A DNA stretch of 64,000 bases from Candidatus Latescibacterota bacterium (GTDB taxonomy: Bacteria; Latescibacterota; UBA2968), in contig OZ241986.1 in NCBI GenBank assembly GCA_965204375.1, positions 2,304,001 to 2,368,000 of the forward strand, read 5' to 3'. Positions within the stretch are counted from its first letter, which is position 1. The DNA is not shown here. Below are more notes on the stretch, generated by a model. The model saw only the letters and a program-made list of their open reading frames with translations. It ran no database searches and was not told where the DNA came from.

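Overview
Bacterial window in three parts. (1) 1-22.5 kb: a 3'-truncated TPR/GWxTD-type exported protein, a Tat Rieske protein and an ECF sigma factor on the minus strand. A divergent plus-strand catabolic cluster follows: two sugar-phosphate isomerase/epimerases, two sulfatase-superfamily enzymes, two beta-propellers, an M55 peptidase, an FGGY kinase and E2-E1alpha-E1beta of a 2-oxoacid/acetoin dehydrogenase. (2) The cluster is interrupted by two inserts of defence/toxin-antitoxin genes with no integrase or transposase. The first holds a frameshifted HEPN gene plus partner, an orphan DUF2442, a GmrSD-HEPN fusion, and an orphan RHH antitoxin with a PIN-like stub. The second holds an ABC ATPase and a PD-(D/E)xK-like partner. 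(3) 22.56 kb to the right edge is one uninterrupted minus-strand ORF of more than 13,800 aa whose start lies outside the window. It encodes a giant autotransporter-type surface protein of Calx-beta/Ig-like repeats. Inside it, a compositionally distinct block carries three plant-receptor-like LRR modules whose exposed residues vary almost only at codon positions 1-2. Gene content resembles marine-invertebrate (sponge) symbionts, which is inference only. All family calls come from motif recognition by eye; no database searches were run.
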